A stretch of 35,660 bases of DNA, from the NCBI GenBank assembly GCA_947467125.1, contig CANIGN010000003.1, forward strand, positions 1 to 35,660, written 5' to 3'. This document shows, one piece after another, positions 18,182-26,942 of this stretch. The notes beneath the pieces are model-generated. The model worked only from the letters and a program-made list of their open reading frames with translations. It was not told the DNA's origin and did no database searches. Both the position numbers and the translations under genes were made by a program. Source of the stretch: Bacteriovoracaceae bacterium (GTDB lineage: Bacteria > Bdellovibrionota > UBA2428). Position 1 is the stretch's first letter. Each line of letters starts with the position of its first letter.

Positions 18182-19248
18182 AGAAACTCTCTCTTCTTTT
18201 GTTTTTATTATTTTCTTTGTCGATATCGTATCTGATTTACGATTTTAGCATTTCACCTAATGCTTCCTTACAAAAAGAAAGCATTATCGACCTCAACCCA
18301 GGAACTTCATTTGCAAGCATGCTGAAGATACTCAAAGCAAATGGAATTGAGATCCCCGAAACAGAAGCAAAAATCAGCGCCAAAATTTTTCACTTCGACC
18401 GTAAGGTCAAAGCAGGCGAATATCTTCTCACACCCAACCTTTCTTCACTTGGAATTCTAAAAGCACTCACTTCCAACAAAGGTCTTCAGCACCCCTTGCT
18501 CATCAAAGAAGGTCATAGCAAATGGGACATTGCAGACTCATGGTCACAAGCCTCCAAAAGTTTTGACCGAACTCAATTTTTAAAACTTATTCAAAATCCT
18601 GAATTACTTTCAAAAGCTAAAATACCAAGCGAAAATGAAATTCTTGCATTTGATCATTTACTTGCACTTGATCATTTAAAAGATCAAAAAGTTTCCTCAA
18701 ACTTCAGAAGCCTGGAAGGCTATCTTTTTCCTGAAACTTATAATTTTCAAAAATATGATTCACCTAAAGTGATTGTAGAAGAAATGCTCGCTCAATTTGA
18801 ACGCCGAGCTCGCCCCATTCTCAACCAACACCCATGGGCACAAAGTCCCCTTGGATTTTACCGCCTTCTCACACTTGCTTCGATCGTTGAAAAAGAAACA
18901 GGCAAGAGCGACGAGCAACCCTTTGTGGCTTCTGTTTTTTGGAATCGCTTGAATAAAAAAATGCGCCTTCAATCAGATCCCACAACGATCTATGGACTGA
19001 TGCCCAACTTTGATGGGAACCTTAAAAAGATCCACCTTCAAACATTTTCTATTTACAACACTTATACGATTCCAGAACTCCCCGTGGGGCCTATATGTAA
19101 CCCAGGAGAAAAAGCACTTCGAGCGGTTCTACATCCTGCCGCTTCAGAATATTTGTATTTTGTAGGTCGTGGAGATGGAACTCATGAGTTTGCAAAAGAC
19201 TACGCAACTCACAATCGAAATGTTCAAAAATTCCAATTGAAAAAATAA
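18178..19248 (+). CDS. mltG: Endolytic transglycosylase MltG
   Basis: N-terminal TM anchor; LEGYLFPETY, ASIVEKET, RLQSDPT, YNTY, GPICNPG, YLYFV. Confidence 0.96.
   Translation: MKKLSLLLFLLFSLSISYLIYDFSISPNASLQKESIIDLNPGTSFASMLKILKANGIEIPETEAKISAKIFHFDRKVKAGEYLLTPNLSSLGILKALTSNKGLQHPLLIKEGHSKWDIADSWSQASKSFDRTQFLKLIQNPELLSKAKIPSENEILAFDHLLALDHLKDQKVSSNFRSLEGYLFPETYNFQKYDSPKVIVEEMLAQFERRARPILNQHPWAQSPLGFYRLLTLASIVEKETGKSDEQPFVASVFWNRLNKKMRLQSDPTTIYGLMPNFDGNLKKIHLQTFSIYNTYTIPELPVGPICNPGEKALRAVLHPAASEYLYFVGRGDGTHEFAKDYATHNRNVQKFQLKK
18643..18678 (+). repeat. In-frame 18-bp tandem duplication inside mltG
   Basis: cttgcatttgatcattta / cttgcacttgatcattta (17 of 18 identical), encoding LAFDHL-LALDHL. 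Confidence 0.85.
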
Positions 19249-19259
19249 TTTAATCTAAT

Positions 19260-19880
19260 TTATTTCACTGAACTTATTCGACTCAGAACTTTTTGAAATT
19301 TAAAAAGCCCCTTTGTCAAAGCAAGTTCTAGCTTCGTTAATGACAATTCTAATTCTTTCGAAGCAATTACTCTCAAGTGATCCATCAACTTAGAAAACAT
19401 TTTAAGATTTCTCTTAAACATCAATTTTCGATTAGGTTTGATCTTCGCTAATTCATCAAAGCTAAAATGTGCACGCTGAATAACAGACGTTGCGCTCTTC
19501 CATTTTTGCTGAAAGCCTGGATCCTTAGACTTCATCGTTTCGAGCCTAAAGATACTATTTCCAATACGAATCACATCGCCCGACTTCACTTCCACTTCGC
19601 CACGAACTTCTTCGTTATTTAAAAAAGTTCCATTTGTGGAACCCATATCAGATAAAAAGAACTTTCCTTCTTTCATCAAAATTTGTGCATGCTCACGAGA
19701 AACGCGCTCATCTTCTAAAGGAAGACACGCACGAAAGCTACGACCCAAAATGTTTTTCTTTTTACCCAAAGGAACCAAGGCTCCTTGAGTTAAACCCGAA
19801 GAAACACGCAATGCGTATTCAGGCTTTTTCACTTTGACTTCTTTCTCTTTCACAACTTTTGATATGACGTTCATTTTCAT
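19260..19880 (-). CDS. FHA-domain protein
   Basis: FHA motifs LGR, VSREHA, D.GSTNGTFLN, GDVIRIG; basic helical C-terminus. Start probably ATG 19880 or 19874. Confidence 0.88.
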   Translation of the reverse strand: MKMNVISKVVKEKEVKVKKPEYALRVSSGLTQGALVPLGKKKNILGRSFRACLPLEDERVSREHAQILMKEGKFFLSDMGSTNGTFLNNEEVRGEVEVKSGDVIRIGNSIFRLETMKSKDPGFQQKWKSATSVIQRAHFSFDELAKIKPNRKLMFKRNLKMFSKLMDHLRVIASKELELSLTKLELALTKGLFKFQKVLSRISSVK

Positions 19881-19896
19881 AAAGCATTTCAGATAT

Positions 19897-20069
19897 GCAA
19901 GGAGTGTGCTCAATCGCCAAAAGTCCCGCTGAGGCTTTCAAGAGCCTCTCAGCATTCTTTAGGGGAAATCCCCTAGCCCAAAGCTTAAACAGCGTAGACA
20001 ATTTTGAGCCCTCCTTTGAACGCGGTCAAATTCATGACTCTTCGCTAGCTGCCTGCACCCCGTTCCTGC
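19897..20069 (-). ncRNA. Putative ~175-nt structured RNA (6S-like, or a novel leader of the FHA gene)
   Basis: The 5' and 3' ends pair (GGGGUG/CACUCC; AAGAGUC/GACUUUU), there are several internal hairpins, G-U pairs favour the minus strand, and a promoter-like sequence lies just upstream. Confidence 0.45.
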
Positions 20070-20078
20070 CTTATTCTT

Positions 20079-20107
20079 AAGGTATGAAGAGGCTTACCTT
20101 ACGCCAA
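20079..20107 (-). promoter_or_regulatory. Candidate sigma70 promoter for the structured RNA and FHA gene
   Basis: TTGGCG(20107-20102)-N17-TACCTT(20084-20079) on the minus strand. Confidence 0.35.
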
Positions 20108-20800
20108 GTTATTGCAATCCTTACTCTTTTCGCAGGCTTAAATGCACAAGCTCAAAACTCCCCCTTCTTTCAAACAACTGCGAATTCAGCAGACGTTCTC
20201 ACACCTATAGGTGGCCACCATGTCTTTGGAATAGGTTTTTACGCAGAAAGCACCTACCCACTTTCAAGTGCTTATTCGGCTCGACTACCTTCCGGATCAC
20301 AAGAAGACATGCGCTTTCAAGTTCCTGTAGGTTTTGGACTTGAAGGTTCTTTTGGAATCAATGAGTCCATGGAAGTGGCTGCAAGCTTTGGTTACGATAA
20401 CTTCAAAACTCAGCAATATATCGAAGGATCTGGAAATTCAAAAAAGTTTAACATCGCTCAATACAATCTCTATCCTTTGATGGGAATTTTTCGCTACCGC
20501 ATGCCTCGCAAATCTTGGGCACCCGAAGGAGAAGCTGCAATCGGAACAGCACTCGGTTCCATTGAAGTCAGAGAAACCTCTCAAAATGGAGTAACTCTTA
20601 CAGACAAGGGCCCTTTCTTACGCGGTCATTTAGCAGGAGGATTTGGATTTTCTTGGGCTGAAAACGCTTCTCTTCATTTCTTATTCGGATATGGATTTAA
20701 TCAGCTTGGAAGCAAATCCTACGATGGAACCACAATGCACGTTGAACAAAAAAATCAGCAAGGCGTTTTCTCGAAAGCTTATTTGAAGTTTTATTTTTAA
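20084..20800 (+). CDS. Outer-membrane beta-barrel protein
   Basis: Signal peptide (..LNAQA), amphipathic beta strands, C-terminal YLKFYF. Confidence 0.7.
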   Translation: MKRLTLRQVIAILTLFAGLNAQAQNSPFFQTTANSADVLTPIGGHHVFGIGFYAESTYPLSSAYSARLPSGSQEDMRFQVPVGFGLEGSFGINESMEVAASFGYDNFKTQQYIEGSGNSKKFNIAQYNLYPLMGIFRYRMPRKSWAPEGEAAIGTALGSIEVRETSQNGVTLTDKGPFLRGHLAGGFGFSWAENASLHFLFGYGFNQLGSKSYDGTTMHVEQKNQQGVFSKAYLKFYF

Positions 20801-21360
20801 GAAATCTTCTCAGCAAAATACTTGTGAAAGGGCGATGGAGTTTTAAGAGAAAGCTCAGGGTGAAAAGTTGTCACCATATGCTTTCCCTCTGTCACCCAAA
20901 CAGGATTACCCTTTGTAGAAGCTTTCACTTGGCAAGCTTTTCCTAATTTCTTAAGCAGAGGAGCGCGTATAAAAGAAACAGGATAGGAATCAATCTTTTC
21001 CTCGAAACTATCCACTTGTCGACCATAAGAATTACGTTCAACATCCAAATGCATCAGACCTAAAGATTTTTGCTTTGGATTCGTCACACGAAGAGCCATC
21101 AAAATACTCCCCGCACAAATTCCCCAGTATGGAATTTTTTCAGCGTATTCTTTTAGCACATCCCAAATTTGAAAGTGCTCAATTAATTTAAGCATTGTTG
21201 TGCTCTCGCCACCAGGAAGGATCAAGCCAGAAATGTTCTTAAAATCTTCTGCACGCCGAACTTCCACAAGCTCAGCGCCTAAGGCTTCAATGTGTTTTCT
21301 ATGAGGTTCTACGCAACCCTGAAGAGCCAGCACACCGATTTTCATTTTGGATGCGCTCAT
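20797..21360 (-). CDS. pdxT: PLP synthase glutaminase subunit
   Basis: GVLALQG, ILPGGESTT, GICAG, RNSYGRQVDSFE, FIRAP, FHPEL. Confidence 0.96.
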   Translation of the reverse strand: MSASKMKIGVLALQGCVEPHRKHIEALGAELVEVRRAEDFKNISGLILPGGESTTMLKLIEHFQIWDVLKEYAEKIPYWGICAGSILMALRVTNPKQKSLGLMHLDVERNSYGRQVDSFEEKIDSYPVSFIRAPLLKKLGKACQVKASTKGNPVWVTEGKHMVTTFHPELSLKTPSPFHKYFAEKIS

Positions 21361-21369
21361 GTTTTGCTT

Positions 21370-22332
21370 TTACCAGCCGCGTTCTGCCATCAATTCTTCT
21401 TGAGGAAGAGTTTTGATTTCGAGCCCGCGCATCGCTGCATCTAAATTTCTTGAAGCTGCTAAAACTTCTTCAGGACGATCAAAACCAGCAACAGCTTTGA
21501 CAATCGCTTTTGCAAATTTTTCGGGAGATTCAGATTTAAAAATTCCCGATCCTACGAAAACAGTTTCTGCACCTAACTGCATACATAAGGCAGCGTCTGC
21601 AGGAGTCGCAACTCCGCCTGCTGCAAAATTAGGCACAGGAAGTTTTCCTAGTTTTTTGACTTTCATCAAAAGCTCAAAGGGAGCTCCCAGATTTTTTGCT
21701 TCCGTCATCAACTCACTCTCATCAAGCATTCGAACACGCTTAATGTCTTGAGCTATTTGTCGAAGGTGACGAACAGCTTCCACAACGTTTCCTGTTCCAG
21801 GTTCACCCTTGGTACGAATCAACGCCGCACCTTCACCAATACGCCTCAAAGCTTCGCCTAAGTTTTTGCAACCGCAGACAAAGGGAACTTTAAAAGAATG
21901 TTTATAAATGTGGTACTCATCATCCGCAGGAGTGAGAACTTCACTTTCATCAATAAAATCTACGCCCAAAGCTTCAAGAATCTGAGCTTCTGCAAAATGT
22001 CCGATACGGCATTTTGCCATCACTGGAATACTCACTGAGCTCATAATTTTTTCAACAAGCTCTGGGGGACTCATACGTGCAACGCCACCTTCTTTGCGAA
22101 TATCAGAGGGGACACGCTCCAAAGCCATCACCGCAACAGCACCCGCTTGCTCGGCAATCTTAGCTTGCTCAGCATTCACGACGTCCATAATGACTCCGCC
22201 CTTGAGCATTTGAGCAAGACCCACCTTCAATTCAAAGGTTGGCTTGGGAGCTAAAGTGGGAACAATATTAGCTTTTTTAGTCGCTTTTTTTATCGTTTGA
22301 GCAGTTTTCTTGGTTTTTTTACGGAGACCCAT
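21370..22332 (-). CDS. pdxS: PLP synthase lyase subunit
   Basis: [59 protein letters not shown]; Lys-rich N-terminal extension. Confidence 0.97.
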   Translation of the reverse strand: MGLRKKTKKTAQTIKKATKKANIVPTLAPKPTFELKVGLAQMLKGGVIMDVVNAEQAKIAEQAGAVAVMALERVPSDIRKEGGVARMSPPELVEKIMSSVSIPVMAKCRIGHFAEAQILEALGVDFIDESEVLTPADDEYHIYKHSFKVPFVCGCKNLGEALRRIGEGAALIRTKGEPGTGNVVEAVRHLRQIAQDIKRVRMLDESELMTEAKNLGAPFELLMKVKKLGKLPVPNFAAGGVATPADAALCMQLGAETVFVGSGIFKSESPEKFAKAIVKAVAGFDRPEEVLAASRNLDAAMRGLEIKTLPQEELMAERGW

Positions 22333-22452
22333 AAATATTGCTCAAATATATAATTGAGTAACAGCATATCTGTCGAGAAAAATGCTCATTTCTGCTATAA
22401 AAACCAAGTCTTTAACGGTCCTTTTTAAAAGACTGTAAAACAAGGTTTAAAC

Positions 22453-24090
22453 ATGAACTTTAATATGAAAATATTTTGGACAGTTCCTTCCCTCAAAACT
22501 CTAACATTAAGCTTTTTAGCAATCATTGGACTTACTCAGCAAAGCTTAGCCGCCGGCACTCATCCTTCTAAAAATGAGAATTGCCGCATTTTACTGAGCT
22601 CCCTTAGAACCGTTACCAACGAGGTTCTTCCCTCCGAAGAAATGAGTCGCTATATATCTCTTCATCGCTGGGCTCGAAACTGGAGAGGAGATCCGATTCC
22701 TCGCGAAGTTCAAATCGGAAAAAACCTCATCACAGAACTCGAAGATGCAATGGTCAACGACAAGTTAACTGTTGCTGTCAATATTGCTCGCACCATGATT
22801 GATGGAGCCGCAATTTCTTTTCGTCAACACGAGCAAGTGACTGCCGCCATGAAAGAGGTTTCAAACCTGCGAGCTCAAATTGAAATCCAAGGAGAAACAC
22901 TTGAGCCTGCCTTTCTCTTAAATCTCCAAGAAAAGTTTTTAGAGAATTTTCAAATTACTGAAAGCACTCACAAAACCAACTCTAAAGTTGCAAAAGAAGT
23001 TCACAGCCTCAACAAGCTCCTTCAAGACGATTACCTTATTTCAAAACAAGAAGTTCTCGATCGACTTTTTAGCATCTACGAACTTCTCGAAACATACGAC
23101 CTCATGCTTATCCAAAACATTGGTCGAAACTTTCCTCTTTACGAATTAGCAAGTCGATACTTGGGCGCTGACTTTGAACACCGCTTTGATTTGTTTTCTG
23201 TTCGCGAAGAAAATCCCAAGAACGAAGTAGAAGAAAAAGCGACTGACAACCAAATCATCGAAGTGACAAATCCAGGATATGAAAAAAGAAAAAAAACATG
23301 GGAAGACGCACGAACATTCCTTCTCAAAGAAGTGGGATGGAGTAAAAGAAAAGGCATTCGCTACCCTAGCCTCAACCAAGGAAACCCAGAAAAAGGTGAG
23401 ATCGAAAAATTTTACGACCAAAATATTTTTGCTCGCGAAGCACATGTTAAAAAAAGCCTCAGACAAGAACTCGTTGCAACCGCAACTCGACAAGCACTTG
23501 ACCTGACCTTGATCGTTCCTCTCGTAGAAGGAATTGTAAAAATTATTGCCAAAAAAGGCCCTGGGTTTTCATCCTTCTTTCGCAACATGATCTTGCTTGA
23601 TGAAAGAGCGACACTTGTTCAGCGAGTCCGTGAAATCGCAGAAAGCAAAGATCCCATTGACCTTAAAGCAAGCCAGCTTCTTGCTTATGCAGCAGACGGC
23701 GCAACAGGCGTAGAGTTTTTGCACATGTTTGCCGCCGATGCAGACCTTACAAGTATCAATACATGGACTGAATTGAGAAATCTTTTTTCTTCAGATTCAC
23801 GTTTTATCAAGTATAAAGAAATGATCGAAAAAGCAGACGAAGCAGCTTCCAAAAGCGGCCCCGTTAGTATCGCAAGTGTGCGCATGACAAACTCAAAAGT
23901 TGTGGGCCTCGTTGTAGGGGTTCCCCTTTGGACAAAAATTGCTCCGATATTATGGAAAGCAGTCGCCATTTACTTCGTCAACAACGCTCAACTTTCTCAA
24001 GAAGACTTAGAGAAAAAACTCAAGGAGCTTGAAGCTGAGCTTGAGAAGTATCAAGTTGAAGAAAACTCAAAACAAGAAAACCCTCATTAA
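22453..24090 (+). CDS. Hypothetical secreted, mostly helical protein with a C-terminal hydrophobic segment and coiled coil
   Basis: 545-aa ORF; signal-like N-terminus (..QQSLA); VVGLVVGVPLWTKIAPILWKAVAIYFV followed by an acidic heptad tail. No family recognised. Confidence 0.7.
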   Translation: MNFNMKIFWTVPSLKTLTLSFLAIIGLTQQSLAAGTHPSKNENCRILLSSLRTVTNEVLPSEEMSRYISLHRWARNWRGDPIPREVQIGKNLITELEDAMVNDKLTVAVNIARTMIDGAAISFRQHEQVTAAMKEVSNLRAQIEIQGETLEPAFLLNLQEKFLENFQITESTHKTNSKVAKEVHSLNKLLQDDYLISKQEVLDRLFSIYELLETYDLMLIQNIGRNFPLYELASRYLGADFEHRFDLFSVREENPKNEVEEKATDNQIIEVTNPGYEKRKKTWEDARTFLLKEVGWSKRKGIRYPSLNQGNPEKGEIEKFYDQNIFAREAHVKKSLRQELVATATRQALDLTLIVPLVEGIVKIIAKKGPGFSSFFRNMILLDERATLVQRVREIAESKDPIDLKASQLLAYAADGATGVEFLHMFAADADLTSINTWTELRNLFSSDSRFIKYKEMIEKADEAASKSGPVSIASVRMTNSKVVGLVVGVPLWTKIAPILWKAVAIYFVNNAQLSQEDLEKKLKELEAELEKYQVEENSKQENPH

Positions 24091-24091
24091 A

Positions 24092-26839
24092 TCAAGCAGC
24101 TACTTTTTTAGGTTCGAGAGTTGTACGTATACCAACTTCAATATCTTTAGCATTCTCTAAAATAAAGCATGTTTCTTTAGATAAAAACGCTTTCATTTCT
24201 TGATTGATCTTTTCTAATTTTCGAATGTTCATACTGTTGGCATCACAACAAACAATTCCAACTTTAGCATATCGAGATAAATCAGAAGCATCTGGCGCCT
24301 CTAAGCATGGACGAGTGTGTAGAAAAATATAATCGTACTGAAGACTTAATTCGATTAATAAATCCTTAAGGTTTTGTGACGCTAATCTATAGACAGAAGG
24401 AACCTGAAGAGGATCTCCAGTGATGACATCTAACCCCTCATTGACCTTAAACGGATAAATATTAACTTGTTCTTTATGCTGATAAAGTTCACTTACCCCT
24501 CCATTGAGAGGAGCTCCAGTGATTTTTTGAATTGAATTATTCGTCAAATCAGACTCTAAAATAAGAACCTTTTTTCCCGTACTTCCAAAAAAAGCACCCA
24601 AGTTCAGGGAAATAATTGCCGATTTCAAGGAATCCTCACTTGAAGTAAAAAGAACGACTTTACCTGCCAATGAGGAGAAAATGTTTTCCAATTTAATTCC
24701 CATACGCAAGTAACTCAAGTCAGTTACGCCATCTACCAGAGAACCTTCCTGAAATAAGTTACTTTTAGTTGAAGGCACAGCTCCTAAGACAGAATTGCCA
24801 CGCTCCTCAAATGATTTAATTGTTGTTAAAACTGGATCACCTAACTCTTTTAAAAAAGAGACACAAAATCCCACAAAAAAGCTTAAAAATAAAGAAATCA
24901 ATAAAAATAAGTAAAGAGAAACTGGTTTCTTTTCTTCTATAGGATCATAAAAAAAACTAATCTTTTTTCGACCCTTAAACTCAACTATTTCCATTTTCAA
25001 AAGAGAGTTTTTTAAAAGTTCTAAAGTTGACTGATTCGTTTTAATATAATCGCTCAACTCTGCTAACTGAGCTTCTTTTGCCGTCTTATCATTGAGCATA
25101 AAAGTTAACTCATCTAAAGCTTTACTTAACTCTAGGACCTTTGCCTCATAGAAAGAATTCTCACCTTTAATTTTCTCTAACGTTTCCCTTTGTTGGTAAA
25201 GTGAAGACTCATCGGGCATATACAAGTCATCAACCTTTAAGTCTTTTAAAGAAATATTTTTTTTCTTTTCTACTTCTTTAGTCGCTTTCTGTAAACTTTC
25301 CGAAACTCGCCTAGCTATGACACTATCCTCATCAACTCCTTGAATCTTTAGTTGATTTTGCAAATAAGCCATATTCGAAATATCTTGAATAGTGGTTGAA
25401 TAGTAATTTTTTTCTATCTTGCTCTTCTCATTTAGTAAATCAAGTTTTTTTTCAATCCCTGAAATCTTTTCGTTAAGCTTTGACTCAAAAAAAGCATTGC
25501 CTTGAATAGCATTCTTTGCCGACTGAACTTTATCTTTTAAATCCCTAATAATTTCTTTACTTATTATAGGGATTGAACTTGATTCATTTGGCTTCGTATC
25601 ACCATTTTCTGGAAAAGTTATATTTAGTGAATTTTTTAATTCTACGCCTAACTCTCGTGTCCCAATCTTTTTATTTAAATAAGAATTAATTTCGTCAAAA
25701 ACATTGTTCAACTCTGAAACCTTTTCTGAATTGAAAGACGAATTTTCATTTTTTCCAGGGACTTTAGATGGACTTTTGGAATTCTCCAAATACTTTAAAG
25801 TATTCGCTAATGAATTAGACAAATTTTTAAAGACAAAACTGTCCTTTTCTATCCCTTGTGCCCTCAACTCACTTTTTTGTTTTGATAAGCCCGCAAGCTC
25901 TTGACTTAACCCGTAAGCGTCGTCATCAGCGCTTCTTATGCCTTTAATCTTTTTTTCGATATCAGTAAGCTTTTCTTGAAACTGTGATTCTAAAACCTTA
26001 TTTCCACTTATAGCCATTTTTGTGGCTTGTAATTGACTTTGCAAAGAATAGATAACCGCCGTATCGACAAGCGGAATAGATTGAGAAAGCTTCAATTTTT
26101 TATCATTACTTTCATTTAAAGTTTTTTGAACATTATCAACCTTTTCTTCGATTATTTTTCGAGCCGCAACAAGCTCTTCCTGATCATTCACTGCAAAATA
26201 GTCCGCAAGAAGTTTCGTAACTTTTTCTGAGTAATTCTTTAATAAAACGGGGTTTTCGTCGTTCAATAACACAGAAAAATTAGATTGAGTGTTTTTTTTA
26301 TTCCTTGACGCTTCAACACTAAAAGTCATTCGACTATTTAAAAAAGACTTTATCTTTTCTTTTGTTCGATCCTCGAAAGAAGCTGAGTTAACTCCTTTCA
26401 AATCAATACCAAATATTTTTGCAATATCAGCATCACCTAAAGCTGCTTTATAGCAAAAACTTAAAAAAGATTCTGACTTCAAACTAGCCAAAGCCTTACC
26501 AACATCAACATCACTTGAATCAATTCCAGTATTAACAGTCATATCCAAGGCGCTAAAAAGAGTATTGTTTTTGGAGTTATTATATATTGCTGTAATATTT
26601 CTTTCGTACCATGTTCCTTTGCAAGCATATAAAAAAGCCAATGCGACATAGAATAAAATAGCTGTAATAAAAAGGAGTTTTTTATGTCTAAAACCTTTCC
26701 GAAGAAAATCACTTACATCAAGATACTCTTCAGAATCATTGTTGTTTTCTTTAAATAGACCTGGTCCAACAACTTCAAATTGTCCAAGAGAACTATGCTC
26801 CGCACTTTTTCTAAGTTCTTGAGTATCTAACTTCTTCAC
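24092..26839 (-). CDS. Wzc/GumC-like polysaccharide co-polymerase with a degenerate BY-kinase domain
   Basis: Wzz-like N-terminal TM, long coiled-coil periplasmic region, second TM, VLGAVP, then a P-loop-fold domain with altered motifs (TSSEDSLKS, ILESDL, FLHTRP). Confidence 0.8.
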   Translation of the reverse strand: MKKLDTQELRKSAEHSSLGQFEVVGPGLFKENNNDSEEYLDVSDFLRKGFRHKKLLFITAILFYVALAFLYACKGTWYERNITAIYNNSKNNTLFSALDMTVNTGIDSSDVDVGKALASLKSESFLSFCYKAALGDADIAKIFGIDLKGVNSASFEDRTKEKIKSFLNSRMTFSVEASRNKKNTQSNFSVLLNDENPVLLKNYSEKVTKLLADYFAVNDQEELVAARKIIEEKVDNVQKTLNESNDKKLKLSQSIPLVDTAVIYSLQSQLQATKMAISGNKVLESQFQEKLTDIEKKIKGIRSADDDAYGLSQELAGLSKQKSELRAQGIEKDSFVFKNLSNSLANTLKYLENSKSPSKVPGKNENSSFNSEKVSELNNVFDEINSYLNKKIGTRELGVELKNSLNITFPENGDTKPNESSSIPIISKEIIRDLKDKVQSAKNAIQGNAFFESKLNEKISGIEKKLDLLNEKSKIEKNYYSTTIQDISNMAYLQNQLKIQGVDEDSVIARRVSESLQKATKEVEKKKNISLKDLKVDDLYMPDESSLYQQRETLEKIKGENSFYEAKVLELSKALDELTFMLNDKTAKEAQLAELSDYIKTNQSTLELLKNSLLKMEIVEFKGRKKISFFYDPIEEKKPVSLYLFLLISLFLSFFVGFCVSFLKELGDPVLTTIKSFEERGNSVLGAVPSTKSNLFQEGSLVDGVTDLSYLRMGIKLENIFSSLAGKVVLFTSSEDSLKSAIISLNLGAFFGSTGKKVLILESDLTNNSIQKITGAPLNGGVSELYQHKEQVNIYPFKVNEGLDVITGDPLQVPSVYRLASQNLKDLLIELSLQYDYIFLHTRPCLEAPDASDLSRYAKVGIVCCDANSMNIRKLEKINQEMKAFLSKETCFILENAKDIEVGIRTTLEPKKVAA

Positions 26840-26850
26840 GACAATTTTAT

Positions 26851-26877
26851 ATTCGGAAGAACCTTTACAAAACTTTA
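26851..26877 (-). promoter_or_regulatory. sigma28 (FliA)-like promoter
   Basis: TAAAG(26877-73)-N16-CCGAAT(26856-51), ending 11 nt before the GTG of the Wzc-like gene. Confidence 0.45.
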
Positions 26878-26942
26878 ACCAAACTTTATTTATCTTATTT
26901 AAAAAACGGCAAGACTTTGATCTTTAATCTTAGAATTAAAAA

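Noticed and set aside
19897-20069. TPP, glycine or c-di-GMP riboswitch, or RNase P, tmRNA or SRP identity for the structured RNA
   Set aside because: Only fragments match (GGGGUGC..GCUGAGA, CUCUCAG, AAAGUCC). The other required conserved motifs and lengths are absent.
22339-22434. Inverted repeats (ctcaa..ttgag; agtcttt..aaagact) between pdxS and the hypothetical gene
   Set aside because: Short and AT-rich, with no second copy or nearby regulator to support an operator or riboswitch.
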